Positions 50,473-63,189 of a stretch of DNA of 64,000 bases are shown here, piece after piece. The notes beneath the pieces were generated by a model. It had not been told where the DNA came from and did no database searches. It saw nothing but the letters and a program-made list of their open reading frames with translations. This DNA is from Pseudogymnoascus verrucosus (lineage: Eukaryota), in assembly GCA_001662655.1 (NCBI GenBank), contig KV460208.1. One strand, 5' to 3'. The position numbers were made by a program, and so were the translations under genes. The first letter of the stretch is position 1. Each line of letters begins with the position of its first letter.

Positions 50473-51192
50473 GTTGCTCTTAGATATTCCCTTGTTTCAT
50501 TATTCAAAGGTCGCCTCATCAAGTAACTAAGGTGCACAACCGGATCACCGTGAGGGCATCAAAATCGTGAGGGCGGCGCCAGTCACCCGCTAGTCCAGAT
50601 GACATTGTCACAACCATCGAGCCGGTCCCACTAGAATTTGCGCATGACAGCAGCCACGGCGCTGGCGATGTTCTCAGTAGTCCTGGAGGATTCAGAAGCT
50701 AGGATAAGAAGAATTTCTGAATTTTGACGACAATGTATAAGCTTGGTGGTGGTGTTGCATAGTAGAAGAGTTCTCCTACACCATAATTTCGGTTTATTGC
50801 TAGAATTTCACGCGTCAATACTCAGTTGCGAAACGATAGAAGAGAGAAATTTGTCATAATCTGGCTCGGAAGCAACCACTCCTATTGAATACTAGAAATT
50901 ATCAGGGGCTGTGGTGTCTCTAAAAAGGTGTTTATGCGGCGAACTAACCCTAACGCGTTTTGGTGTTTTAGTGTTTTAGTGGCCTACTCGTACGTGAAAT
51001 ACGTTACCTTATTTTTTACAAAACTTAAAATTATGTATACTTAGTGTCGCAGGAAGGGATCTAGAGTGTTTCTCCGTTGTAAAAATATTCATTATATCAA
51101 AGCTCTATCTAAATATATCAAAACTCTCTGCATTATGCATTTATAAACACCTCCGTGCCTATATATAGTATGTCCAATTTAGAGTAGGCCGG

Positions 51193-54100
51193 TTAGTTTA
51201 AGAAACCGATTTCTTTCCAAATGTGAATGTATTTCCTCGCCACCTCCTCAGGCACGGGCCCAACGGCAGCAAGGGTCTTAGAATGTTCAAGAGTGTTTTT
51301 CACGTCCAAAACGAGCCCGCCGCAAGACATCCGAAGATAGTTGCTGTCTAAGAATTCAAGGAGAGTGGAAGCTGGGTTGTTTCGCTGCGGTGCTGCTCGT
51401 ACGCGCTCGACCCACTCCTTGAATGGGATTAGGTTTGGGATCTTCAGCGCATCTGCTAGGATAGCATTCATCTCGCGCCACGGTTGGCCAACGGGATTTT
51501 CGATGTGGTAGATGGGGTGAGGAGTGCGATCAGACAGGACCAGGTCTGACAACGTACCGGCAATATCGTTAACCGAAGTCCAGTAGACCTTGCCGTCCAC
51601 GTCTGGCAAAACGTTCAATGTCTGCGACGACTTGATCAAGAATCCAAAATGCTCCATGGGATTCCAGTACCCGCTAGTCTTAGACCCGGCAATCTGTCCT
51701 AGACGAACAGCCATTGTGCGGATACGGTTTGTATGCTTTTGTATTGTGTCCTCGAGCATCCTCTCACATCCCCATTTTGCGTCACCGTAGCCGTTTGGCA
51801 ACACCGAGTCGATGGTGTGTCTCTCCTCGGGCACGATTGTTTTAGCCTCGCCATTTCCAAGACCATAATTGCCAACGACGCCGATGGAAGACACCATCTG
51901 GAAACTAAACTTGAAGCTCTCTGGGCGCCCGGACGCGACTTCGCAAGTAAAATCGATGAGATTGCGCATAACTTGGAACTGCGACTCAAAGCCGGCTAAG
52001 GGGCGCTTCGCACTCATGGGCCATGCATTATGGATGATGTGGGTCACGGAACTGACGAGTCCTTCGTATTCACTCTTCGACAGGCCAAACATTGGCTTCG
52101 AGCTGTCAGTCTGCAACACAAGCAGCTTCGGCTTGAGGGCTTCAGGGAATCGAATGCCCTTCTCCCTCATAGCCTTGTATTGACGGTTGTAGGGCTCGGC
52201 TCTGTTCTCACGATTTAAGCAGACGACTGTCTTCACATCAGGAAGCTGTGCGATATGGTAGACTAGGTTACCTCCTAGGCTTCCTGATGCTCCTGTTACC
52301 AGAACAACTTTCTCGTTCTCTTTTGGTGCGGTAGATGATGGCGAGGAACCGGGCGCGGAGAACCCGATCGTGTACTTGTGGACGTAGTCGTCGACGGCTT
52401 TCTTGCGAGCTGCTAGTGCCGCAGTTTCGCTCTCAGTACGCTGCGGCGCACGGTTCCGCCTTGTGAAGTCTGCCTCTATTGTAGGAGCTGCATGGAGCAT
52501 CGGCTCAAGCTGTGTTTGCGGATTGACGGCATGGCTTGGATTTATCAACCCAAGCAACAATTGCTTCAGATCCGCCACGGTCGGACACTCGAGGAAAAGA
52601 GACTCGTGCTGGATGTCAAGCTCGAGCTCGTCTCGGAGCCGACTCACAATGACAAGCGACAAAAGAGAGTCTACGCCAGACTCTGCGAAGTTTGTATCAT
52701 CGGTGAGATCCTCGATTGCAAATCCACTCTCCTCTGAGATAATCTGGAGAGCACACTGAAAGTCGACAGGGGGAGAAGGAGTCGTCAACCCCGTTCCACT
52801 GGTCACCGGAGTCGATGACCTAGAGTCGGTGGAGCTCGCAGAACTGTTGGCTCTAGGCTCCCCTAGGAACTCTTTAAGATCGCTAACGCTGGGGTATTCG
52901 TAGAACAGTGCGTTGAAATCAAGGTCCATATCAAGTTCCTCCCTGAAGCGAGCTGAGATGGTTAGCCCGAGGAGAGAGTCGATGCCGACCTCGGCGAAAA
53001 CGGTGCTATCGGTCAAGTCGGCCATAGAGAGCCCGCTCTCGTCCGAAATTATCGACAGTGCCTTTTCAAGCTTGTATGAATGGGACTCCCTGGTGGCTGG
53101 AGGAGGGGATTGACCGAGACCCGGTGCAAAAGCTGGGGTCGTACTAGAAGGCTGCTGCTTGATCTGTACGGGTTGCTGTTTCTGTGACTTGATTCCGCTT
53201 TCGATTGACAGGACTATCTTTAGGACTCTACGTGGTACGCCTTGTATCTAGAGGGGAAAGTCAGCACGAATTGGTTTTTATACGAGGGAGGGCGAGGAGC
53301 ACGAACCGAAATCTGCCCAAAGAAGGCAACGACTTTCTCGCCGTCAAAGATGACAACATCGCCGTGCCACAACTTGTCGGCCCCCTCTTCCATGCGTGTG
53401 TAGGTGGTGTACTCCTTTTCAAAATCTATTGGCTCAAAGATTTGCAGTGTGCCCCATCCATGGTTCATGTAGACCTCGACGTCTAGGTCGGTCCTATCAT
53501 TGCAGTTCATTGTGAATCCACAGGATTGCGTCAAGGAATCAATAATGGCGGGATGAGTATGATAGGTGCCGCCTCTTTTCACACTCCCATAACTGAGGCG
53601 ACTTGAGGCCTCGAGCGTCGTGCTGTTCAGGACAACTTCGTCTATGGCACGGTAGTCGTCGTGGAACCGTGCCAACGGCCGGATAGCACGATACACCATG
53701 GGGCGGTTGAATCGCGCAGTGGTTTCGGCGGCGATCCCGTCCCGGAGAGCTTGCATCTTCCTCTTCACATTGGCTGAATCTTCTTGGAGTACTTGCTGGA
53801 GGCTTCTGTCCTTGAAGCGAAGAACGCATCGTGCATGCTCTTGTAGTTTCTCCTTGTTCTGCAATCAAATCGCGTTAGCTCACTATTAGATAGAGGTTAA
53901 TAGGTGACGGGGTACACTCACATCAAAGGACATAAACTTCACAGATGCAGATTGGGATGGCCAATCCACTTCAGCGTGTGCCTGAAGGAGCTGTTGGGTA
54001 GCACCGACCCGCAGGATCAGTGCCTTCGAAATAGTCATGTCCGACACATCTACAAGATCATCCTGCAAATCAGGACGATAGCGCTCACGGAGGTAGGTGC

Positions 54101-57100
54101 CTAGGGTCAACGCCATATCGGCGTAGACAGATGGGGTGCAGAGTGGAATCCCGTCGACCTCGTGTCCTTGTACGAGCGGGCTTAGATCCTTGCGCGCGAT
54201 ATCTGCCTCGACGACAATATGAGTGGCTTGTGAATCGCCTGTCTCTTCTACAACCCGATGCACGGTTGTGCTCTCGAGCTTCGAAGAGTTGATCATCAGG
54301 GGTGGATCCCCTTTACGTAGAGACCAGTCGTTCACATATTGCATCCAGTACTCCTTCAAGTCCCAGCTATAAGCTGGCAATGGGATGACGGTATGAGAAG
54401 CCTTGAAATCGCGCTGGTATTCTGCCCAGCGGATATCAGATCCTGCAGCGTAGAGAGTCTTCAATGTAGCCCCCAGGACCTGCCAGGCCGTTCTGCCACG
54501 CTGTGACGAGGCGAGAGATGTTACTTGCGACCCTAGAACAGCCTTGACCATGCCTGCGATAGCCGGATGCGGGCCGATTTCGAGCATCATCGTGCGGTCA
54601 GTTATGATATTTTTGCCTTGTGCGGCCAGGAGTGCCTTTTGCATGTTGACAGGCTGGCGAGAATGGCTTGCAAGGTACTCGGGGTTGAAGCTACCACTGC
54701 CATCCACAACCGTGCCATCCAAGGGGCATAAGACGGGGATCTTGGCACTCAAAAACGTTACACCGCTTGCGATTTTCTTAAAATCCAAAAGCATTGGGTC
54801 CAATTGAGAGGAATGGAATGCGTAGGGAACACTGAGAAGTGTGGATTTCATACCCGAGGATGTGAGCACTCCCTTCACCGCGGATACTTGCTCCTTAGAT
54901 CCCGCCAAGACAGTCTCGATTGGTGAGTTGATGCACGCGATTTCGTATTTGTTGTCTTTCAGAACGCCTGCGATTTCATCCACCGACCCCTTAACAACGA
55001 GCATTGCGTGAGTGTCACGCGTGCATTTTTCTTGAAGCAAATTAGCTCTATTGCCGACAAGATAGATCGTGTCTGCGTCAGAGAGCACTCCCGCAACGTT
55101 AAGCGCAGCATATTCTCCTAGGCTGTGCCCGACAACAGCAACGGGGGTGATATTCCACGATGCCCACATCTTGCTTAGCGCGATTTGCATGCAGACACTC
55201 GCGAGCTGGACAGCAGTAGGGGCAAAGACGCCAATGTCTTGTTCCTCGGATTGGATAACCGACAACATGGATGGGAAGCCTAGACTCTGCCCAACCTGAT
55301 CCAAGCGGCACATCTCATTGCGGAAGATGGAGAAGTTGTCGAACAGCTCCTTTCCCATCCCGGGGTACTGGGCGCCCTGACCAGTGAAGGTGAAGACAAT
55401 CTTCGGGGAGCTCTTTGGCCTCGTCATTCCCGCCTTGTCCCGAAGGGCTGTCTCAATCTGGGCACCGATTTCTGCGGCAGTCGAGCCAGCGACCATCACA
55501 CGGTGCTGATGATGCATGCGACGTGCAGTGGTGGTGTACGAGAGCTGACCTAGAGAGACATCGGGGTTCTGCTTCAGAAACGCAAGTATGGAACTGAGGT
55601 TATTTTGGAGCGATATGCCAGTTTTGGCCGATATAGCCACGAGGTGAGAGCTTCGTGGGTCTGCGTCTGCAGTGAATTTCTGCCGAATGGGCGCATCTTC
55701 GATCAGCAGGGCCGAGTTCCCACCTGCGGCACTGAAGTTGTTTACAAAGGCTCGCCTAGGCTTAGAGGGGTCGGAGTTCCTGTCCCAGCGCCTCGGCTCG
55801 AGAGCTATATTGACGTTTCTTTCCTGTAGATCGGTTGGGAAATTGTGGTTAATCTTTGTCTTGATTCCTACGTGAGGAACCATCGTATTTTTCTGCATCA
55901 TCAGCAGCACCTTGATGAGACTCGACACACCCGAGGAAGCCTCGCCATGGCCGATGTTGGCCTTGGCTGATCCGAGATAGAGCGCCTCGTCACTTTTCCT
56001 TCCCCGTTTGACCAGGGACAGTGGTGGTGCAAAGGTGTCTAGCACACTAGACATCTCTCCAGCATCGCCAGCTTGTGTACCTCTGTAACATGAGAATTAG
56101 CATCAATCTATATGGGAACGAATAGGGGCAATGATGCCCTTAGGGAGCTAAGGAGCTACTTACGTGCCATGCATCTCAACGTAGCTAACAGTATAGGGAT
56201 CAACAGCACCTTGGTTCAAAATTTTGCTGAAAATAGCACGCTGAGCTCCAGAATGTGGTCGGGTGATCGACTCTGACTCTGCTGAGTGGTTGGTGTAAGC
56301 ACCTAGAATAACTCCTAATATCGGGTCATTATCCGCAAGAGCATCATCAAGGCGCTTGATGATAACAGTCCCGATTCCTTCTCCACGGCAATACCCATCG
56401 GCACTATCATCGAACGTCTTGCAATTTCCTGTCCGTGAAAGAAAGTGTCCTCGATCGAGACCTGCTGTGAAATCGGGGTTGGTTAGGACGTTCGTTCCAC
56501 CCGCAATGGCCGTATCGATATCCCCACGCCATAGCGAGTTGCACGCCAAGTGTATTCCAGCTAAGCTAGAGGAGCAAGCCGTATCAACCGCATAACTCGG
56601 GCCACTGAACTTAAAGCAGTAGTTTATGCGGCCCGGAATAAACGCTCGATTCCCACCTGGGATGAAGTAGGTATCGATATTTTGGGCGCTATTTGTCTCC
56701 ATCCAGTCATTGCTCGTCACGCCATAAAAGACGCCGATACGATCAGGTCTGGTGGAAGGAGTGGCATCCGAAACAATACCGGCTTGTTCGATTGCTTCAT
56801 AGGCCGTCATCAAAGCAAGTCGTTGCGCAGGGTCGATTTGGGGTGCCTCTCGCGGGGAAATATTGAAGAAACGGGCATCAAACCCGGCCGGATCGTCAAG
56901 CCAGCAGCCGAATTGCGCAGCGCTCGTGTTTTTCTTAGTTTCGGTGGGGTCGACGTGTGTTTTGGTATCCCATCGCGAGGCCGGGACGGGTTTGTGAACA
57001 TCTAAGCCTTGGTGCAAAAGATCCCAGAATGCTTCGTTGTCTTTGGCACCAGGGAATCGCCCAGACATGCCGATGATGGCAAGCTTAGGCTGCTTAGGAC

Positions 57101-58340
57101 CAGAATATGAGGAATCTCCATTGGAGGTTGGTTTGACATGAGTTATCGTGGAAGGCACCAACGTTCTCAACGGTGTCTGCTTGAGAGCGGTATAGATGAG
57201 CTGGTCGGCAGCAGTCGCAATAGGAATGATCCTGAATGATTCTGGCCCTACCTTCTGAATGTAGTCCTGCAATTTATCAAGGATATCGCTCCATCGGATT
57301 GGTTGAAGTAGAACTTGCCTAACCGCAGCCTCTAAATGTTTTGCAAAATTTCCCTCTACAATAGCTCCTGTACTTGAGGAGAGAGGAATGTGCTTAGAGG
57401 ATAAGATCGACCTAGAGGTTATATCTCTAATGATGTGGCTAATATCAAATTCAGAATATAAATGCTGGGCGTGATATGGTCCGTATATTGGGATGCTCTT
57501 GAACCTAAGACCCCTGAAGCTCTCGGAATTTATGAGTTGTGCGAGTGATTTTGGTGGTCCGCTCACGGTAATTCCGGTTGGCATATAGGCGCTCACATAG
57601 GGCCTGCTTGTTAATGGCAGTGCCTTCAAAAGACGAAAATTAGTAAGTTCGTAGCAGATAATGGTGCAGATGCACTAAAAAATTACTAGGAGCTGTATGC
57701 ACTCACAGTTTGCTCACAGAACTTATGAACGGCTTCAAATGAAGTCGATCCACTGACGATGATGGACCAGCTCTGGTCAGAATTATCGTGCAGAACGGGT
57801 GCCACTCGGTTTGCAGCAGCAGACACGCATACGCCTGTCCTGAAGGCTATGGTAACTGCACTCACGGCCTTTGGAACGAGATCCAGTATGCTATGGCTGC
57901 AGCTGACAGCGGATGCAGAAAATGCACCTGTACAAAGACCGCTAATCCGAGACTTGTTTACATCATAATGCCAACTGTCTGCTTGGCTATTATTGATTAA
58001 CTGTTAGCTTTCATCATATAGTAGGCCATGGAGGACATTTCTTGAGCGCGTACCTAATGAAAATCGCCAACTGATATATGCAAGTAACAGCCATATCAAG
58101 GGGTATACATCGCTTGCCACTCTGGTTCCACAAGAGTAAGTCGTCAAGACAGGTAAATCGAGGAACATCCTCTCTGGCCTGGTGCGGGAGTTTGTATATC
58201 TCCGCTCTAACTGCATCGTATGCTTTGACGAGGAAGTCCTCTAGGACTGGGTTGTCTCTGTGCTGAAGCAGATCTCTCAAGTGCGGCTGTATATCATATG
58301 TTTGGTCTCCAAAGAGATACAACTTGAGAAGACCTGCCAT
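51193..58340 (-). CDS. fsr1: non-reducing PKS SAT-KS-AT-PT-ACP-ACP-R, Fsr1/PGL1 (fusarubin-type) like
   Basis: N-terminus KLYLFGDQTYDIQPHL...PRFTCLDDLLLW...RCIPLDMA resembles Fusarium Fsr1 as I recall it. KS DTACSSS, AT GHSLGE, PT GHEVDGIPLCTPS, two ACPs (GIDSL, GVDSL), terminal reductase VTGASGSLG...YGDAKW; no methyltransferase or TE domain. Confidence 0.85.
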
Positions 58341-58525
58341 CGTCGAGACTTGCACTGTAAATTTCAAAACATCGACGAAATATCCTAAACTCTTGATTTT
58401 GATCTGAACTCTTTTGCCAAAATAATTTTTGACATTTCTGCGTTTCTTTTGTACATTTCTATGGCCACCTCACTCAGATGCAAATACAGGATTATCCTCG
58501 CATGCAACTCGAGATCCAGCGACGT

Positions 58526-58724
58526 GCCCATGTTTCCCGGTGCTTGCGCCTCGTGGATAACTCAGATCTAGGAACAAGCCCATGTTTCCCGGTGCCTGCG
58601 GTTCTCTCGCTGCACAACGGGGAGTATGTGAAAGCGAAAATAGATGATTACCCGATGCCATCGTCGACACCGGGAGAAATGAGAGGTATGTGAAAGTGAG
58701 GATTGATGATTTCCCGATCCCATC
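58526..58724. repeat. two pairs of direct repeats in the NR-PKS promoter
   Basis: gcccatgtttcccggtgc at 58526 and 58578; gtatgtgaaag...gatgatt(a/t)cccgat(g/c)ccatc at 58624-58662 and 58686-58724. Confidence 0.75.
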
Positions 58725-59919
58725 ATTAACGCCAATGGAAGTATGCGGAACTCACCAAGAGAAGCTTACCTGGAATACCGGCGCCACGTGCAAGGTATAC
58801 AGTATAAGGAATGTTTCATTCCCCGACGCTGTCGAGTGGCTGATATATACTTCGGCGGGTTTTTCTTGATCCTTTGGTCCTGAGCCGCACCACAGCGCAT
58901 AGCTCGACGTTAGTGAGGGCGCAGCCGAATCACTGTAATTAGGCCCTGTTACAGCCGATAGAAATGGCTCGCTACCTTAATGTATACACGCAGTATTCCG
59001 CTTAAGGTAAGGTGCAGTGGAGGCGTTGTTTAGTATAATTAAGAACTATTTTAGTACTGTATCAGGAAGGGTGTGTTTGCCCTGTTGAGATAGGATGTTC
59101 GGGAAAGGCTTTTGTTGCCAACTGTTGCTAATGTCGATGACACGTGCACAGGCAGTTCCTTAGAGTTGGCAGGTGGTATTCGGGGAAGCGTAGTAAGCTA
59201 AGCAAGTCCGCGGAAGCCTCCCCTTACTCTACTTCGCCGCCTTGTCGGGGAATCCTACGGGGAAAATTTGCCGGCGGAATTATCGGGGACAGTCGGGTTT
59301 TTGTCTCCAAGGTCGAGGAGCATACGTGCAGCAATTGTGGGACTTGGTGTTCCGATTGCTGCATGTCAAAGCTAGCTCATAGCTCATAGCGTGGAAAGAT
59401 AGCTGACGGGGATAATGGCGGGGAGAAGGACGGGAAGAATGGATGTGGCGAGTGGAGATTGAAGGGGAAGAGTGGAGAAAAGAGTGGAGAAAAGAGGAGA
59501 GGAGAAGATCCCCCGAAGCGATCTGGCCAAAGTGGAGTTTATATGTGCTTGACATCTATAACATACTTATCTTTAAATATACTTCAGTGTAGTTAGTTAC
59601 ATCATACCAAAGCATGTGAGGGACACGGAAGTGCATGGATGCATGCACCGACATGCGCCGAGCACGATATGCATGATCTAAACGTGCGCGATATACGTTA
59701 CGTGACACTGATCTTACCTAGGGTGGTCAGACAAAGCCAACCCTGCGTAAGAGACGTTGCGCAGGCGGATAGCAGGGGGCTGGGATAAAGCCAGGATTAG
59801 AGAGTGCATTAGCCAATCGCCAAAGTAGGCTACGAGGAATATGAGGGATACGACCTGGTATGGAGATATTACTCATCTACAAAACCAAGATAACGTAAGA
59901 CATGGCATGGGTGTTGACA

Positions 59920-60235
59920 TTTGCATTGGCGTATTGGCGTTATTGGCGTTATTGGCATTGGCACTAGCATTGCCACTACTAGCACTACTAGCAGTAGCAC
60001 TAGCACTATAGCACTCTAGCATTATTACTCTAGCTAGCACTGGCACGGTACGGTGTAGCACTGGCACTCTAGCCTCTAGGACTGACTGGCCTGGCGTGCT
60101 TCTTGCCCTCCACTCGTCCTCCCTTCCTCCACATGTTCCACCTGTTCAACCTCGCTTACACCGCGGGTAGCCGATTAGACCCAGATTGACTCGATTGACC
60201 AGATTGACACGATTCGACTTAGAGATCAGATTGAT
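59920..60235. repeat. microsatellite-like tracts (TTGGCGTA, CTAGCACTA, CAGATTGAC units)
   Basis: Degenerate 6-9-nt tandem units at 59920-60075 and cagattgac units at 60174-60235. Confidence 0.6.
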
Positions 60236-60983
60236 CGGCCCGCCCGTTTCGAGACGCCCCTGCCTACCAATTGCCTGCCCTTGCCCCTCCCCCTGAAGAC
60301 TCTAAGCGACATCCTATAAAAGTAAGCAATAACAAGAATACACCCCGACGGAGCGGCCCGCCTCACTATTATACACCGTGTCCTGCGCAACATCGCTCAC
60401 AGTCAACATTATCGTTCAATGACCCGCTGCTGTACCCACTACTGTACTGTATGTACTCGATTTACATACAGCACAGTAAGATCATGGTGCGAAGAGGATT
60501 TATATAGTGAGATAGAGCAATGTACTAATTATAGCAAATAACGCCCTCTTTGTCGCAATTGGCGCATACGGAGAGCCGGATGAAGTCCGTACGTATATGA
60601 GGCTGCACAGCTGAGACGAACAGTGGAGACCTACACATGGGGTCAGAAAGCTGCGTTCAGGGGCCTAAAGCTGCATCATCTGGGGCCTGAAAGCAGAGGA
60701 ACTCTTAGAAGGAATCCTGTAGTGTACGCATCTTGCGAATGTGGCGCTGTACCTAAAGTGCTAGTCTCGTAATTTGAAATGACTGAATGCCAACTCTGCA
60801 CCTACCACTGCACGTATCGCGGCCGTGTGGCAGTGTAGTAACGACGGACGGAAGCGTGAACCAGAAACAAGGTGGGTAGGTCTATTATTGGTGTACATAT
60901 GTAACCGTTGTGCGCTGGGCCGATGTGCCATCATTTCACTATCACTGCCTGCTCCTCCGGACGTGTTTCCTATTCCTCTCCAA

Positions 60984-62447
60984 ATGGCCGATCAACCGCG
61001 AATGCCCAAACGATGGAACCCGAAACTGCGATCAAGCTGTGATGGGTGTGGTGCGGCCAAATTGAAATGTGATCGCGAGCAGCCCGAGTGTGGACGCTGT
61101 GTCTCACACGGCATGCAATGTGTCTACGGCTTCTCGCGGAAGATGGGCAAGCCGCCGCGAGACAAGCTTCGTGCAACCTTACTTCCGGCGTCCAGCGAAC
61201 ATCCCGAACAGCCCAAAACCGCTGGTTCCACGTATGTGGATAGGCCACAGAGTGGTAGTGATAGCAGTGGAAGTGGTGTTTTGATGGATATAGATATGGG
61301 ATGTCTGGTACCCGATTCGAGGGCCGTTGATGTGCCTGGTGCATGGGATACGGTCGGCGACAACACCAGCAGCAACTTTCCCATGGCCAACCTAAACGAC
61401 GGGATAGATGACCTGTTTAGCTTTACTCCGGTTGATTTCGCCTCTCTGGAATTTGGCGAATGGGGACATTTCAGCGACGACGTACTTTCCTCCAACCTGC
61501 AATTTGGACCTGGATCCGCATCCACGCCGGAATCGTCTGAGCTGAAGAACTATCTATCACCAGGGGCTCTGACATTCCAACAAACAGCGCATCAATCTCA
61601 CACTGACGATGTCCATAAGAGTTCACACTCCGACAGAGCGTCAATACCGCCTCCGGACATCAACATCACAGGCCACGACTGTCCTCGGGAAGCGTACGGA
61701 ATCCTTGGAAGTCTCGCCTTCCATAACCTCAGCAAGGCATCATGTGTTCCTAATGAAGGGACGGGCTCAGCAAGAGGCACTGGTAGTCTAGTGTCTTCGG
61801 ATGTTCCTTTAGATTGTGTGCTTCGTCTCAATCGCGAGGCTAGCGAGCGACTTAGTCGTCTCCTCCGCCTCCTAAATTGCTCCTGCGCTAGATCGCCGCA
61901 TCTTGCATTACTCTATGCATCAATCATTTCTCGAGTCCTTACTTGGTACCAAGAAGCAGCGAATTGCATGGATAGTGCTTCATGCAGCCCTATAGCCACA
62001 GCGTTGGACATGGCGTCACACCATGTGCCAACGTCGGGTCCCTCATCCTACTCTAGCAAGAGCTCCGGGTCCAGGGCCGGGCCTTTCGTGTGGTCGAGCA
62101 CGGCGACTAGCTCCTATACCAGTAGCGCAAGTGGTACATCGCCATTGCCACAGTCTGCAGGGCTAGCTGTTGCACCAACCAAGATGGCAATCGGGACATT
62201 TGATGTCGACGACTTGCATGTTCAGATCGCCTTGAAGATCCAGTTGCTCTTAGGCGAGATGAGAAGAGCCGGTCGTCTGATTGAACTATTTATTACTTCG
62301 CATAACACCGGTGGCGAATGTCTTACCGATAAATCTACTCATGGCGGCATTGATAGTTTGTATATAAGTCTAGATTCGTGGCTAAAGGGTGAGCATTCCA
62401 CGATATCTAATATGATGAGGTTGAAATTGAGGGAGCTTAGCACTTGA
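60984..62447 (+). CDS. AflR-like Zn(II)2Cys6 pathway-specific transcription factor (Fsr6/PglR-like position)
   Basis: KLRSSCDGCGAAKLKCDREQPECGRCVSHGMQCVYG.SRKMGKPP; C-terminal AflR-type region LD.VL..NR.A...L..LLNCSCA...HLALLY.SIIS.VL.WY. Confidence 0.9.
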   Translation: MADQPRMPKRWNPKLRSSCDGCGAAKLKCDREQPECGRCVSHGMQCVYGFSRKMGKPPRDKLRATLLPASSEHPEQPKTAGSTYVDRPQSGSDSSGSGVLMDIDMGCLVPDSRAVDVPGAWDTVGDNTSSNFPMANLNDGIDDLFSFTPVDFASLEFGEWGHFSDDVLSSNLQFGPGSASTPESSELKNYLSPGALTFQQTAHQSHTDDVHKSSHSDRASIPPPDINITGHDCPREAYGILGSLAFHNLSKASCVPNEGTGSARGTGSLVSSDVPLDCVLRLNREASERLSRLLRLLNCSCARSPHLALLYASIISRVLTWYQEAANCMDSASCSPIATALDMASHHVPTSGPSSYSSKSSGSRAGPFVWSSTATSSYTSSASGTSPLPQSAGLAVAPTKMAIGTFDVDDLHVQIALKIQLLLGEMRRAGRLIELFITSHNTGGECLTDKSTHGGIDSLYISLDSWLKGEHSTISNMMRLKLRELST

Positions 62448-63189
62448 ATAGATAAAAGATTTCTTTTTAGAGTTAGAGAAGAATCAAGATTTGCCCACCA
62501 AATTTTGGTTCCAGTTGCTTCCAGCAGATGCGCCATCCATCTGCCACCTCTTTATACTTTATGCATGCCGCACATATTCCGAAGACCCCGCGAATGAATC
62601 AATTTCACGAGAATATGCTGCACCAGTAAATGGGCATTTCCTACCAGAGAAGGCATTTCGGAGAACAATGGCATATGAGACCAATGGAATATATCCCGAA
62701 AGGAGGCATAATTTCGGGATATAAAACACCTCGAGAACCAGTGACACTCGCGGTTGGGCCCAAGTGCATATTGCAGTGGGGTACATAGGGCAGGACCCCA
62801 GCAGGATGCCTCGAAGGAAAGCCTTGGCAATATATAAAGTCTAGGGAAATATTAGGTAAATGAAGTTTAAAGATCGATGTAGTCCTTCTTGGTCTCTCCG
62901 ATAGTCCATGCCTCATTAACGGTACTGAGAAGCACGTATACTTTCCGCAAAAATATCAACGATGGGATAATTTATGTCGGAGATAATACACCATCAGGCT
63001 TTCACAATATCAACTTCTGCCATCTGTTTAGAATAGAGCCTTACGTCTTGATGGTAGAAATACGGTTGGCTTTGTGCCTAAGAATCATGGTGCAACACAC
63101 AACAAGTATATGGTTGTGTAGTCAAGTATAGAGGTAGTGTAACGTCTCCTCAGCCAACATCTTATTTATATTAAATACCCGAGGCCATT

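Noticed and set aside
60825..60983. N-terminal extension of the Zn2Cys6 ORF (similarly 33354-33425 of the ATP-grasp ORF)
   Set aside because: These start at GTG/TTG codons from the ORF caller; the first ATG in good context is downstream.
58340..60984. Canonical AflR TCG-N5-CGA or CGG-N3-CCG palindromes
   Set aside because: I did not find clear copies by eye; only two CGG-N4-CCG (~60165, ~60569), too few to call.
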